A stretch of DNA of 64,000 nucleotides from Hormiphora californensis. Lineage: Eukaryota; Animalia; Ctenophora. Below the pieces are notes generated by a model. The model was given only the letters and a program-made list of their open reading frames with translations, was not told the origin of the DNA and did not search any database. Below, piece after piece: positions 1-12,105 of the stretch (its first letter is position 1; each line of letters opens with the position of its first letter). The stretch lies in assembly GCA_020137815.1 (NCBI GenBank), contig CM035351.1:4774001-4838000 (forward strand). The letters are read 5' to 3'. The position numbers and the translations under genes are program-made.

Positions 1-73
1 TTGGACTGTTGAAGTTTTCAAATCCAACCTTTTTCACACATAATAAAGCCCACGAAATCGTTAGTTTGCGTAT

Positions 74-692
74 TGTTGGTAATTCGGGTCAGTGGCTAAA
101 TCGGGCCACGCGCGTATTCAGCCAATCACAGCCCTCGCAAACAAACACGTGACCAAATGACCCGAATTACCAACACAGCGTGTTGCCGCTGAAATCATGT
201 GGTTAATTCGGGTCACGTGTTTGTAATTCGGGCCAGCTGTTGGTTGGCTGATGGTTGGCTGTTGGTTGGCTGTCAGAGCGTGTGTATCTAATCATTCCTT
301 ATATGGGAGGCACGTGCTACCCATATACGACTTGAGAGGGGCTGTTACTAAGACAACACTGCATATTTGCAGTGCTGTGTGTACATTTGCTTTGTAGATT
401 TCGTTGTTCTAGAACTGCTGCTCTAGAGGCCCCTAGAGGCCCCTAAAGGACCCTAGAGGCCCCTAAAAGCCCCTAGAGGACCCTAGAGGCCCCTAAAAGC
501 CCCTAGAAGCCCCTAGAGGCCCCCTAGAGGCCCCTAGAGGCCCCAAATCGAGAAGAAAACATAAAATATGGGGCCAGAAATCACTCAAACTTGCTGATTT
601 ATCGCAAAAATAAGGTGACCCGACATAGCCGCTTTGCCTGTGACCCGAATTACAAACATGACCCGAATTACCAACTGACCCGAATTATCCCC
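74..692. repeat. Non-autonomous foldback/MITE-like repeat with recurring GTAATTCGGGTCA / TGACCCGAATTAC motifs and an internal 10-bp tandem repeat
   Basis: Perfect 18-bp inverted repeat at 74-91 and 158-175; further motif copies at ~203-232 and ~641-687; (CCCTAGAGGC)-like decamer repeated about 12 times at ~421-543. May begin before the window. Confidence 0.55.
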
Positions 693-1336
693 TCCTACCT
701 AGTGATAAAAGCGAAGGAAGTGAAAACAAAAAGGAGAGTTCGAGGAGAATTTGAAAAGTTTCATGATTCCCTTTACTTGCAAGTTTCCCTTAGCCTTATT
801 TCCCTGCCCGGGTGAATGCCGAAGGCATTCACCCGGATGCCTTTTTACTTTGTAAAAAGGCATAGCAGGGTTAGAATTCGAAAACGACATTTTGGTATAC
901 TAACTAATCGGTAGAGGGACCATTTTGGTCACACTTGTGGCGCGCACGATCTGACACTTGCGGAGTAAAATGCGCGCGCGCAAACAATTGAAATTTTATG
1001 AGGGGCGTGCGGCTATAAACTGTAACACGCGGCAAAATTTGTTTTATATCGGCTGCGCGTTTTCATTGGGGAAAAATTTTCAATTTCTCCATTTTCCGAA
1101 AAATTGAAAAATCTGCGTTTTGTTCAAAAATTCGAAAAACACAAATCCCCATTTTGCGGACAGCTTACTCGTTGGGCGAGTTGAATGGCAAATCGAAGAG
1201 GGCAGGGAAACGTAGCATTATGGATACATAATGCAAATAATTCTTGTTTTATATTCAAGCAATTGATGCACTTTTTGGGTCTATAATTGTTTATCTTTTT
1301 GCTCGTTTTCCAAATCATTTTTCCTTTAGGCACACC

Positions 1337-3523
1337 ATGGCTGCTACTACAAAATTCAAATTGGACATACTTCCATCATGGATCGAAAGTGACAATTATG
1401 CTTCCCATATCTTTCAAGGGTTCTGTTGGACTATTTATTATTATAAAGAAGACAAAGATATTCTTGCAATGATTGCATGTGCTCCGGTTGAGTCCACAAA
1501 GGAATGGAACTGCATAGCATCTTTTACCCTGACTAACATTACCACTGGAACTAATAAAACATTTGAAAGTAAGATTCCACTTGAACGTGAAGATTATTTC
1601 CTTTGGGGTCCTTGGAAGTTTGCAGAGCTAACCCGAGTCGATTTATCGACTCGGGTCGGGACACCTTATAAGGTGACGCTTGAAGCTACAATCACGGTAA
1701 AGGAAAGCTACATTGGACCACCCATAGTAACTAAAGCTAGATCTAACCACGTGATTTTTCATCGTATGGCGAAAGATTTTTTCGAGGAATCAAGGGTGCA
1801 GAGCACTGCTCATCAAGAGATTAACTCGATTTGGACCACAGACAGTGAAAAAACTGACAATTGCCTAACGTTCGCAATAACAAAACACAATTTAGATGGC
1901 AAACTAGAGTCAAATTTTCCAAGTGGAGCGGTTATAATCACCATACGAGGACCAAATTCAGTTGAAACAAAAACAGGAAACGTGGGGCAAAATATTGTGT
2001 TTGAGACGGCAATATGCGAACAATCGGTAGTCACGTTTTTGATACACGATCAACCATTATCATGCGAGGCAGCGGTTTCAAAAGGATTCGATTTCGGAAT
2101 AGAGAAGCTATCCCATCCTGCTCATGGGAACGCTATATTTAAACTACAAGACGAAACTAAAATGCCCCTTAACTCCATGGTTCTAGCATACAATTCTCCA
2201 GTTCTGATGGATTTGATTGAAAAGGAGGGGGAGCTAGAGCATGATGTGTCAGACTTCGAGCCAGAGTCGGTTAGAATCTTTGCTGATGCCTGTTACACAG
2301 GGAATCTGGAAATGTTACCGGATACCACTGAGTTCAAAGTTTTAAGCGATTTTGTGAAAATGGTAAATGTGTTCAAAGTTGATTGGGCAAAAGATGGATG
2401 TTTAGAGTTCTATAAGAGAAACCTCCCCATACCATGTGATGACGTCGATACCTATTGGAACTACGCTATTCTAGCACTAGACTCAGCGGTCAAGTACTCA
2501 GACAGACGTCTGCTGGACTACCTTCTTTCTAGTATCCCGGAAACCAAAACGAAGTTACAGATCCGTATCTCTCGGCTGTTCGTAGAAACAACGAAGCGAT
2601 CCCAATTGGATCTAGTGATGGTGATGGTAGTTGAGTTCGACCTCGCTAATGAGTTCATGCAGCAAGCTCTCTCAATGTTGATGATCAAGCATCAAATCCC
2701 GCTTCTCGACTACTGGCTGGAAAACTTCAATTTTTCATTCTGTACGGAAGAAACTTTATCTGTGTTGGCAGAGGCCGTTGAGTTAAACACCGATGCCGAA
2801 ATTAGTTGTAAATTGATGGCAAATATAGAACAGGAGAGTAAAGTAGAAACAACTCGCGAAGCAGAGGAGGGTGACACAGAGGAGGGTGACACAGAAGAGA
2901 GTGACCCAGAGGAAAATGACTTAGAGGAAGGTAACTTGGACGAAGGTGACTTGGAGGAAGGTGACTTAGAGGAAGGTGACTTAGAAGAGGGTGGAGCAGA
3001 AGAAGGTGGATCAGAGGAAGGTGGAGCAGAGGAGGGTGGAGCAGAGGAGGGTGGAGCAGAGGAGGGTGGAGCAGAGGAGGGTGGAGCAGAGGAGGGTGGA
3101 GCAGAGGAAGGTGGAGCAGAGGAGGGTGGAGCAGAGGAGGGTGGAGCAGAGGAAGGTGACTTAGAGGAAGGTGGAGCAGAGGAGGGTGGAGCAGAGGAAG
3201 GTGACTTAGAGGAAGGTGGAGCAGAGGAGGGTGGAGCAGAGGAGGGTGGAGCAGAGGAGGGTGGAGCAGAGGAGGGTGGAGCAGTGGAAGGTGACTTAGA
3301 GGAGGGTGGAGCAGAAGAAGGTGGAGCAGAGGAGGGTGGAGCAGAGGTCAGCGAAGAAGCAGACATCGAGGATGGAACTCTAGCAACTGTGGCAAGGAAT
3401 CATTGGAGGATGATAGTGAGCTCGAATTGGCCCTGTTCTAACAGGAGACCCTTCTGTCGAAGGAAGAGAGAACTTTGGACAACTGAGGAAGCAGAAAAGA
3501 GGGACTCAGAGGTTTCCAAATGA
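1337..3523 (+). CDS. Intronless MATH-like + BTB/POZ domain protein with long acidic ([10 protein letters not shown]) repeat tail; nested antisense in an OSBP intron
   Basis: First ATG at 1337, preceded by acceptor-like TTTAG. N-terminal [10 protein letters not shown]...[10 protein letters not shown]...WGPWKF is MATH-like. [28 protein letters not shown]...[17 protein letters not shown] is BTB-like. AATAAA at 3612-3617. Confidence 0.75.
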   Translation: MAATTKFKLDILPSWIESDNYASHIFQGFCWTIYYYKEDKDILAMIACAPVESTKEWNCIASFTLTNITTGTNKTFESKIPLEREDYFLWGPWKFAELTRVDLSTRVGTPYKVTLEATITVKESYIGPPIVTKARSNHVIFHRMAKDFFEESRVQSTAHQEINSIWTTDSEKTDNCLTFAITKHNLDGKLESNFPSGAVIITIRGPNSVETKTGNVGQNIVFETAICEQSVVTFLIHDQPLSCEAAVSKGFDFGIEKLSHPAHGNAIFKLQDETKMPLNSMVLAYNSPVLMDLIEKEGELEHDVSDFEPESVRIFADACYTGNLEMLPDTTEFKVLSDFVKMVNVFKVDWAKDGCLEFYKRNLPIPCDDVDTYWNYAILALDSAVKYSDRRLLDYLLSSIPETKTKLQIRISRLFVETTKRSQLDLVMVMVVEFDLANEFMQQALSMLMIKHQIPLLDYWLENFNFSFCTEETLSVLAEAVELNTDAEISCKLMANIEQESKVETTREAEEGDTEEGDTEESDPEENDLEEGNLDEGDLEEGDLEEGDLEEGGAEEGGSEEGGAEEGGAEEGGAEEGGAEEGGAEEGGAEEGGAEEGGAEEGGAEEGDLEEGGAEEGGAEEGDLEEGGAEEGGAEEGGAEEGGAEEGGAVEGDLEEGGAEEGGAEEGGAEVSEEADIEDGTLATVARNHWRMIVSSNWPCSNRRPFCRRKRELWTTEEAEKRDSEVSK
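2861..3347 (+). repeat. Coding 15-bp minisatellite (GCAGAGGAGGGTGGA / TTAGAGGAAGGTGAC) encoding [10 protein letters not shown] pentapeptides
   Basis: Directly visible tandem 15-mers, about 30 units, frame preserved. Confidence 0.95.
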
Positions 3524-3828
3524 AAGTGAGGGAAAGTGAGGTGAGACTCTGAACTTGTGAATGTTTTTGATTCCTAATGTTATAGATGTTTTGTGGAAAC
3601 ACTTGTATCCCAATAAAGTTAGAAAATGTGTTTGAATTTGAAACGGATACCCAGGGAAAATACTTGGTAGTTACTTCTGTCTTCTACGTTGCAGGTACGC
3701 TAAAACGTGTCCTACTACTGCACAGGCCAAGGGAAGCTACTTGGTAGCGAAATACACCTGTGCTACCATAGAAACTAAACTTGTATAACGGGTTCATGGC
3801 CATTACTTGATACAATACACCCACTTAC

Positions 3829-6800
3829 CGGCATGGGGATCTTGCTAAGTTCCTTCCCAATACAATTCTTCATGATATTCCACAGGTTCGCCTTGTCATT
3901 TGGCTTGTCTGGAATGCGCATCCTCCGCTTCCTTGAACCCTGTGGATAGAGACGGGTATAACAGAGAGGGGTATAACAGAGAGGGTATAATAGAGAGGGT
4001 AGATCGAGAGAGGGTTATTTATAAAAGAGTAATGTAACCACATGTAGAGGAGATTGTCCCTACTAATACGAAATGACTCATACCTTGGCTGGTGGAGCTG
4101 CAGTGTCAAGTTCTGCAGTGCTCTGTTGAACTACTGCTGTAGTGCCCTCCTGGCAGGCAGTGTTGCTGTTGCTTTGGTCAATTGCATCATAGAAATCATC
4201 ATCCTCCTCGTCGCTGTCAAATATCCCAACAACGCCTTCACCGGGGGGCCTATCTGGGGGGGGGGGCGGGGCGGGCGTTAGAGGAGTGGGGGCCTATCTG
4301 AGGGGGGGGGGCGGGCGTTACTCGTTAGAGAGGGGGGATATCCCAACAACGCCTTCACCGGGGGGCCTATCTGGGGGGGGGGGGGGCGTTACTCGTTAGA
4401 GAGGGGGGATATCCCAACAACGCCTTCACCGGGTGGCCTATCTAAGGAGGGAGGGATATCCCAACAATGCCTTCACCGGGGGGCCTATCTGAGGGGGGAG
4501 GTAGCCGTTAGAGGGGAATACAACAACCGGAGACTGGAGAGGGGGGTTAACAAGTGACATATAATAGGACTTAACACCATCAGGGCACCATCACTATACC
4601 AACCTGCTGTTTCGTTGTCTGTCAGGTTCCTCTTGCTCTTGTTCATTGCCTTCTCCAGTGACATGTGCTGGCGTGCCAGACTCTCCACTGTCTCCTCGAG
4701 TCTCTCCCGTTGCTCCCGGGCCATCTGCCATTCCTTCTCGTGATGTGCTGCGTACGTGACAAACGTGCCGCAAGCCTGGGAAAACCACAATGACTGGACG
4801 GGTTTCAGTATGGGAGCAGTTTAGGTATTTAAAAAGAGAATTACACAACTTTAATATCAAATTAACTTTGTTAATTAATAGTTTGTAGAGATGGTATCTC
4901 CTTCCGGCTGGGCATTAATTAATTAACAATTAACAATATTTTTGACAGCCTCTAACCTTCATCATAGAGCTAGAAACGACCCGAAACTCAGCGGTCCGCT
5001 TGATGAGATTAGCAACTTGGGGATCCTTTACGAGACTCTTGAGCTTGGTGCTGTCTTCGATTTGGGATATGGCCTACACAGAGAGATAGTAGATGGATAA
5101 ACAGAGAGATAAAAATGATAAAACAGAGAGAAAAAGATAGAATGAGTGAGAGATGGTTAACCGAGGCAATGTTACACACAGAATTTCCTTCCTCTAATAC
5201 ATGCATAGCAAACGACTAACACACACAGAGATATAAGGGAGTAAGAAGAGCAAAATTTTCCCCTGTCTCTCCTCTCTCTTCCTCATCCTCCTTCCTCTCT
5301 CTCTCTCTCTCTTCCTCTCTTCTTCTCCTCTCCTCTTCCCCTTCCTCTCTCTATATCAACCCCTCTTATCCCTTCTTGGATTTTGGAGTAGGAGGAGGGC
5401 CCCAAAAATCGTAGGACAGAGAAAAGGATGCTGGATGGGAGTGATTCCTCTTCGGGGATTGGGGGGGTTTTTAAAAAAAAAAAAACCTTTTTTAATTGGG
5501 AAAATTTTTTTAAAAAAATTTTTTCCCCCCCCCAAAAAATTTTTTTTTTTTTTTTTTTGAAGGGTTTTTTTGGGGGAAAAAAAAAAAATTTTTTTTTTTA
5601 AAAAAAAATTTTTAAAAAACCCCCCTTTTTTCCCTTTTTTTTTTGGGGGGGGGGGGGGTTTTTTTTTAAAAAAAAAAAAAAGGGTTAAAAAAAGGGGGGA
5701 AAATGGAAAAAAAAAAAAAAAATTTTTTAAAAAAAAGGAAAAACCACCCCCCCTTTTAAAAAAAAAAAAAACCCCCGTTTAAAAAAACCCCTTTTTTCCC
5801 CCCCCCTCCCCCTCCCCCTTTTTTTCTCTTCCCCCCTTTTTTTTTTTTTTCTCCCTTTTTTTTTTTTTTTTCCCCCCCCCCCCCCCCCTTTTTTTTGGGG
5901 GGGGAAAAAAAAAAAGAAAAAAAAGGGAAAAGGGGGAAGAAAAAAGGAGAAGGGAAAAAATTTGGGGGAAAAAAAAGCGAGGGAGAGAGAGAGGGGGAGG
6001 GGAGGAAAAGGGGGGGGGGGAAAAAAAAAGGGGAAAAAAGGGGGGGGGAAAAAAAAGGGGGGGGGGGAAAAAAAGAGAGAGGGAAAAGGGGGGGAAAAAA
6101 AAGAAAAAAAGGGGGGGGGGGGGGGGGGCCCCCCCCCCCTTTTTTTTTAAAAAGGGTTTTGGGGGGGGGGGGGCCCCCGGGGGGGTTTTTTTTTTTTAAA
6201 ACCCGGGGAAAAAAAAAAAAGGGGGGAAAAAAAAAAAAAAAAAAAATTAAAAATTTAAACCCCCCTTTTAAAAAAAAAAACCCCCCTTTTTTTCCCCCCA
6301 AACCCCCAAAAAAAAAAAAAACCCCCCGGGCCCCCCCCTTTTTTTTTAAAAAAAAAAGGGGGGGGAAAAGAAAAAAAAAAAGGGGGAAAACCCCCCCCCG
6401 GGAAAAAAAAAAAAAAAAAAAGGGGGGGAAAAAAACCCCCCTTCCCCCCTTTTAAAAATTTCCCCCCCCAAATTCCCCCTTTCCTTTTGGTTTTTTCCCC
6501 AAAAAAAAAGGGGGGGGTTTAAAAATTTCCCCCCCGGGGGTTCCCCCCTTTTTTAAACCCCCCCCCCCCCCAAAAAAAAAAAAAACCCCCTTTTAAAAAA
6601 AAAGGGGGGGAAAAAAAAAGGGGGGGGGGGAAAAAAGGGGGGGGGAAAAAAAAAGGGGGGGGGGGAAAGGGGAAAAAGGGGGGAAAGGAAGGGGGGGGGG
6701 CCGGGAAAAAAAGGGGGAAAAGGGGGGGGGCCCCCCTTTTTTTGGGGAAAAAAAAAATTTTTTTTTTTTAAAAAAAAAAAAAAAGGGGAAATAAAGGAAA

Positions 6801-7299
6801 AAAGGGGGGGGGAAAATTTGGGAAAAAAAGGGGGGGGGGAAAAAAGGGGGAAAAAGGGGGGGGAAAAAAAAAAAAAATTTTTGGGGGGGGGGGGTTTTTT
6901 TTTTGGGGGCCCCCCGGGGGGGGGCAGGGGAAGGGGGGTTAATTTTTTAAAAAAAAAGGAAAATAAAAAAAAAATTTTTTAAAAAAAACCCGGGGGGGGT
7001 TTTTTGGGGTTTTTTGGGGCCCCCCGGGGTTTTTTAAAAAAGGGGGGGTTCCCTTCCCCCGGGGGAAAAAAGGGGCCCCCCCCGGTTCCCCCGGGGGTTT
7101 TTTTAAAAAAAAACTTTTAAAACCCCCCCGGGGGGGCCCCCCCCCCTTTTTTCCCGGGGGGGGGGGGGGGGGGGGGGAAAAAAAAACCCGGGGGGGGGGT
7201 TTTTCCCCCCCAAAAAAAACCCAAAAGGCCAAAACAAAAAAGGGGCAAACCAAAGGGGGGGGGGGGAAAGATGAGAAGAGCGTAGAGAGAGATAGAGAG

Positions 7300-7356
<57 letters not shown>

Positions 7357-8108
7357 GAGAGAGCTGTAGTTTGAGAGAGTAACATAACGAGATATGTATT
7401 GCATATGTTTCGGGCGAAATTTTGGTAACAACACAAATCAACGAAAAAGGATAATGAGAGAAGGAAGATTAGGATAGAAAAAGAGAATGGTGAAGAGGAC
7501 AGTGATGAGTTATGTTGTGAGAGTTACAGAGTAGTATCACAAGAGAAAGTACAATGAAGGAGAGAATGAAGGTTTTGAATAATAGTTGGTCGAGGGTCAA
7601 TCCCTAACAGGCCGGGGAAGCAGAGTGAATAGGGGTATCCAATTCTTGCTGCCTCCCCAGCCCGTGTCAAAATAAGAACAGTGAACAATGATCGCTATCC
7701 TTCACCACCAGTCTATAATACCTTGGTGTTGGAGTATTTTAAATACAAGCTCATTAGTGGGAACACGGATGGAACTCTTGCTCTTAAACTGGCGAACCTT
7801 CCCTAGCCCCTGGAAGATCGTCTGCTCCCGGTACCGCTCCGAGGCACTCCGGGCAGCTGGACTCAACTCATAAGTCCTACTACTACTGGCACCACCTCCC
7901 TGCATTAGGAGCCCCGACCACCGGACATATACAAATACACGTACAACAAGTACACAGAGGGAGAGGTATCAATAAATGGAAGAGCGCGGTAGTATGGCAG
8001 CGTTCTACTCCTCACACTGCAATGCAAGCATCTCACGGTAACAGGCCTCTAAACAAGATATAGAGATTGCTATGCGACTGAAAGAGAGAGGGGGAGAAAA
8101 GAGAGAGG

Positions 8109-8170
<62 letters not shown>

Positions 8171-8380
8171 GAGAACCCACGTGTCTATGCGTAATCAATA
8201 CCTCATTTTTCTAGAACGCCTTACTACTCTTGTACTCATTCTCACATTTCCCTCTCTCAATTTTCTTTTTCATCTCGTACATGTACAGACCAGACGTTAT
8301 GTGATCAAAAACCACACACACACGTCTGTTGAGCAATCACATGGTTTCCCGTGCAAATGGTTGGGAGTGAGATTGAGAGA

Positions 8381-8445
<65 letters not shown>

Positions 8446-10975
8446 GAGAGAGAGAGATAATCTTACCTCGTTCCCTCATCTTATTGGCCCTATCCTTGGC
8501 AAGCTCAAGAGCAGTGATCCAACGCTGTCTGTCAACCTCGCTTCTTGCTCGCAGATGAAAGACCTATAAAAAATATAAAACTTGCTACAAATACACAATT
8601 TCAAATTCACGACGATCAAACAGGGAGTGGGATAGAATAGAGATGTAACATGTTCGTGGACACTGGAAATTTAAACGAAATCGTTACCTGAGCACCGCCG
8701 TTGCTGATGACAAAGTTACAGCTATCTTCGCTCTCTAACATCGCCCCGGCCAGATTGATAGTCCCTCGACACGTGTGTGCCATCTCGGCTTGGGTCCTGG
8801 AAAGGGAGGGAGAAGTTGGGTTAGCTGGAGGGAATGGCTTGGTAAAGAAGGTTACCCTCCCTTGCCGATGTACAAAGCGACCTCGAGGGGTTATTTAGTA
8901 ACCAAGGAATGGCGATAACTAGAACTCTGAACTGGAAAGGCAAATATACATATGGATGTATGGTATAATATGGTTTAACACATGTAAATAATGTGTTTTT
9001 AGGATATCACTTCCTAGTCCTCACCAGGAACCGACCGACACAAGTAAACAACCAATCAGAACTCGTTATTTAGGTCACGTGACTGGTTGTCAGCCAATCA
9101 GGGACCAGTATTTCCTGATTCGGTCGGTTCCTGGTCCTCACCCATTTCTACAGATCTCACAAACAGCGGGCTCAAAGATCAACTCAAAATCATTCATGTC
9201 CAGCACAATCGTTTCCGGGGGCCCATCAGGAGTGAAGAACGGGTTAGTGCAGTTGAAGGGGTGAAGAGAGAGAAATCCGGGGCGGTGTCCCGTCCCAATG
9301 GACCTTGTAGTGTCACCAAGATAACTCGCTTGATACTGGTCCCCAGTATCATCATAATCAAGGCTCATCACTGTGTTGTAATCACTGCTACCTGCTCCCT
9401 CGCTAGGGGCATCACCACCACCCGGGCTGGCCGTTCTTGGATTCCGCCGGAAGTTAAAGCAGATATTCTTGATGCGTGCACAAATAGAAGGGTCACTAGA
9501 GAAAGCACTACTGTAGGGTGTTCTACCAACTCCTCCTGGGCTTCTGGTGAGCGTCATGTGACAGAACACAAACAAAGATTAAGATTAAAGGCCGAATACT
9601 AGTAGTGAGCACCGGAAAAGTGTAAGCCTCTGCCTATATATCTACACGAGAAAAGGAGAGAACTAGAGAACAAAATGGAGAGAACTAAATATTGAGAGAA
9701 TGAGATATAGAGAGAGAGATATAGAGAGACGCGTAGTAGACAGAGAATAAGACAGACAGAGAATAAGAGAGATATAACCAGGAGAAACAGGGAGAAACAG
9801 TGATCGTTATAGAGATCACATACCTTTATTGAGGGAAAAAGTTGGCGAACAAGCACGCTACTGAAACTTACTGGCTAACAGTATGTCTTTCAAAACTTGG
9901 GTGTTGTGGAGATGTAGGGGCGTGATGAGGTCCGGTGACGTGATAATGCTCCTTTTTCGGAACGTGTTCGAGTAGTTGAGCTGAGAGACTGGATGGCGCG
10001 AACCAAATACACGCGATATAACCCGTCCTCTATGTTGCCCCCACCCCCTATGTGTTATGATACTATTGTCCAACTACGGCCCCTGGGTACCCACTTCTCT
10101 GTAGTACTTGAAACCGGCACTGCATATTCCCACCAGGCCGCAGATTCCCACCACAGATTCGATCATGACACAGCATCAGCCTGATACCGACACTGTGAGG
10201 GAGAGATAGCGGCGTGCAATCAGTGAATGTTGACAACAATTGCTTGTATATCATCTGATACGCGCCGCGCCCTCCAGCCAAGTATCTCACCGCGCAGCGG
10301 AGTAACGAAATGAGCTTTAGGAGATGGGGGGGGGGGGGGGGGGTGAAAAGGCAAACAAATTGGGCATGCGAATATAATGTGTGTGCGTGTAAGTTGTGAA
10401 TAGGGGACGAAGAAGTTATGCAAGAAGGCGAGAGACTGAATAAGGAATAAAAAGAGGGGATGATCGATAAAGGAAAAAAAAACAGAAATGCCCGAGTTAT
10501 TGAACTTAGAAAGCATATTAATTACTCTATTTATTTCTTCTTAACAACATTTTCATGTTAAGAAAGCTAATTAAAAGAGGCGGGTCTGACTTATTATTTC
10601 TATCTTGTATTACGATGATATTAAGAGCATATTTGACTCAGGAGCATGTTTCAACAAGCAAGACAATTGTTTTGATAACACTCTTTTCAGGACACGTATC
10701 TTGTGCGACACAGCGACTACACCCAAAACACAACACCCCTAGCAATTAGCTGCCTTGTTTGAAGGGGGAGGGGAGGGGGGCTGCCTAACCATTAACAAAC
10801 AACACCCTCCAGCCCCCCTTCATTTTCCTATAGGTTACCTGTAGTAAGATAGGAGTCCATCACTTAGAACAAACCACCGTTGCCGGTATCCCTTTATATA
10901 GTTAGTCCACTTTAGGAGCCAGCCCCGGTATTCAGCTGTATTCTCTGACCCTGTCTCTCCACTCGTTGAGCTCAT
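3829..10975 (-). CDS. OSBP: Oxysterol-binding protein (OSBP/ORP4-type), 5' portion; 3' exons lie left of the window
   Basis: GT-AG exons, phase-consistent except across the 8467-5073 gap: 10975-10839 ([32 protein letters not shown]), 8796-8688 ([18 protein letters not shown]...NGGAQ), 8563-8467 ([23 protein letters not shown]), 5073-4957 ([14 protein letters not shown]), 4775-4604 ([16 protein letters not shown], coiled coil), 4253-4084 ([16 protein letters not shown]-like), 3939-3829 ([30 protein letters not shown], start of ORD). One exon between 8467 and 5073 is missing or corrupted. Confidence 0.93.
4222..4500. repeat. G-rich minisatellite built from copies of the OSBP FFAT-exon acceptor region
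   Basis: Unit ATATCCCAACAACGCCTTCACCGGGGGGCCTATCTG at ~4221, ~4338, ~4409, ~4456. Confidence 0.85.
5460..7267. other. Homopolymer-run region, probably low-quality assembly consensus
   Basis: Almost entirely runs of A, C, G and T; ORFs are poly-K/G/F/P; lies where an expected OSBP exon is missing. Confidence 0.8.
9025..9133. mobile_element. 109-bp hAT-type MITE
   Basis: TIRs CAGGAACCGACCGA...TCGGTCGGTTCCTG; perfect 8-bp TSD GTCCTCAC at 9017-9024 and 9134-9141. Confidence 0.9.
9142..10166 (-). CDS. Putative alternative OSBP 5' coding exons (or a same-strand nested small gene) with a hydrophobic N-terminus
   Basis: Exons 10166-10078 ([30 protein letters not shown]), 9988-9872 and 9543-9142 join in phase 2-2-2. 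The last donor (AATGG|GTGAGG) is in frame with OSBP exon 8796-8688. The first donor (GTAGTT) is weak. Confidence 0.45.
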
Positions 10976-12105
10976 TCCTGGGGAGATGGGGGACGGTGAG
11001 AGATGGGGGACGGTGAGCAAGGCATATTATATACTGTGAGGAATCTTTCCGGAGAAATATTTTATGGGATGTGACTGTTGAAGGTACCCTCTACTCCAGT
11101 GAACCGGAGTTTGTTTAGACAATTTAACGGTGCTCCATTTTTGGAGATGGAAGTAGGGAGAGGGAGATCTGAAGGTGACGTGTGATCCTATTGTTATGAA
11201 TTATAGAGGTTCGGCTCGAGAAAACAGAAGGGAGAGAATCACACCCCTTTTATTAAGATTTAAGGATTGCATGAATGGGGGGTTGTATGAATATTGATGA
11301 GCGAAACAATAAGGTTGTGATGGAGATAAGAGAATGAAGCCAGCTAGCTTCACTGTTCGCCTAACGGTATTCGTCGTGTGCAAGGTGATACGAAGACGAC
11401 AATAATGCCGTTACACTATTTTGGGAAATTGCCAAATTTGAATATTTTCGCGAGCTGAGGTCTCAATGATATATTGAAAGAAGTACACTATAACCTAAAT
11501 TATAAATTAGATAAACACTAATACACACGTTCGTCGTCCGATTTATTGAGAACTGCAGCCGGTGTGTGTTTCTTTTTTCTTTTCGTGGAAGCACTTTTCC
11601 ACGACGGGGGCGAAATATTGGCAACCGGTGCCATGCACCTTACACCACAATATCTTGTGAGAGTGCTGCACCTTACACGCCACTCTCCTGAGATGTGTGA
11701 TTCCCCGGGGCTACCCTTCCCTCACCGCGGCTAGAGAGAGATCGGCAAAGTTATAGAAGGAGGGGGAGGAGAGAGGGGGAGTTGCAGCAACTGTGAGAAA
11801 TAGGGATTACAGAGAAGAGAGAGTGGGTAGGGTTCAATCATTGGTGTGTAATGAACTGAAATGTCGCACAACTAATACAAGTGTCGCAATATAATAGGCG
11901 TGAATAGAGTCACTCGGGGGAAAGCATAATGTAGCAGGGGTGGGGAATCGTTTAGCAACAAAAGAGAGAAGCAACAAAATGTGTAAAAAGTAGTTAAAAT
12001 GCATTATGAATATATATATATATGTACAGCTGTAGTTACACGCAATATAGAATAGGGAAATGCCTGCTCCCCCCTCTCTCTCTCTGTCTGTTCTGTCAAA
12101 GAGTT

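Noticed and set aside
2710-3366. 218-aa minus-strand SSAPP-repeat ORF
   Set aside because: Antisense shadow of the EEGGA coding minisatellite.
5570-7441. Poly-K/G/F/P ORFs
   Set aside because: Products of homopolymer runs in a likely artefactual region.
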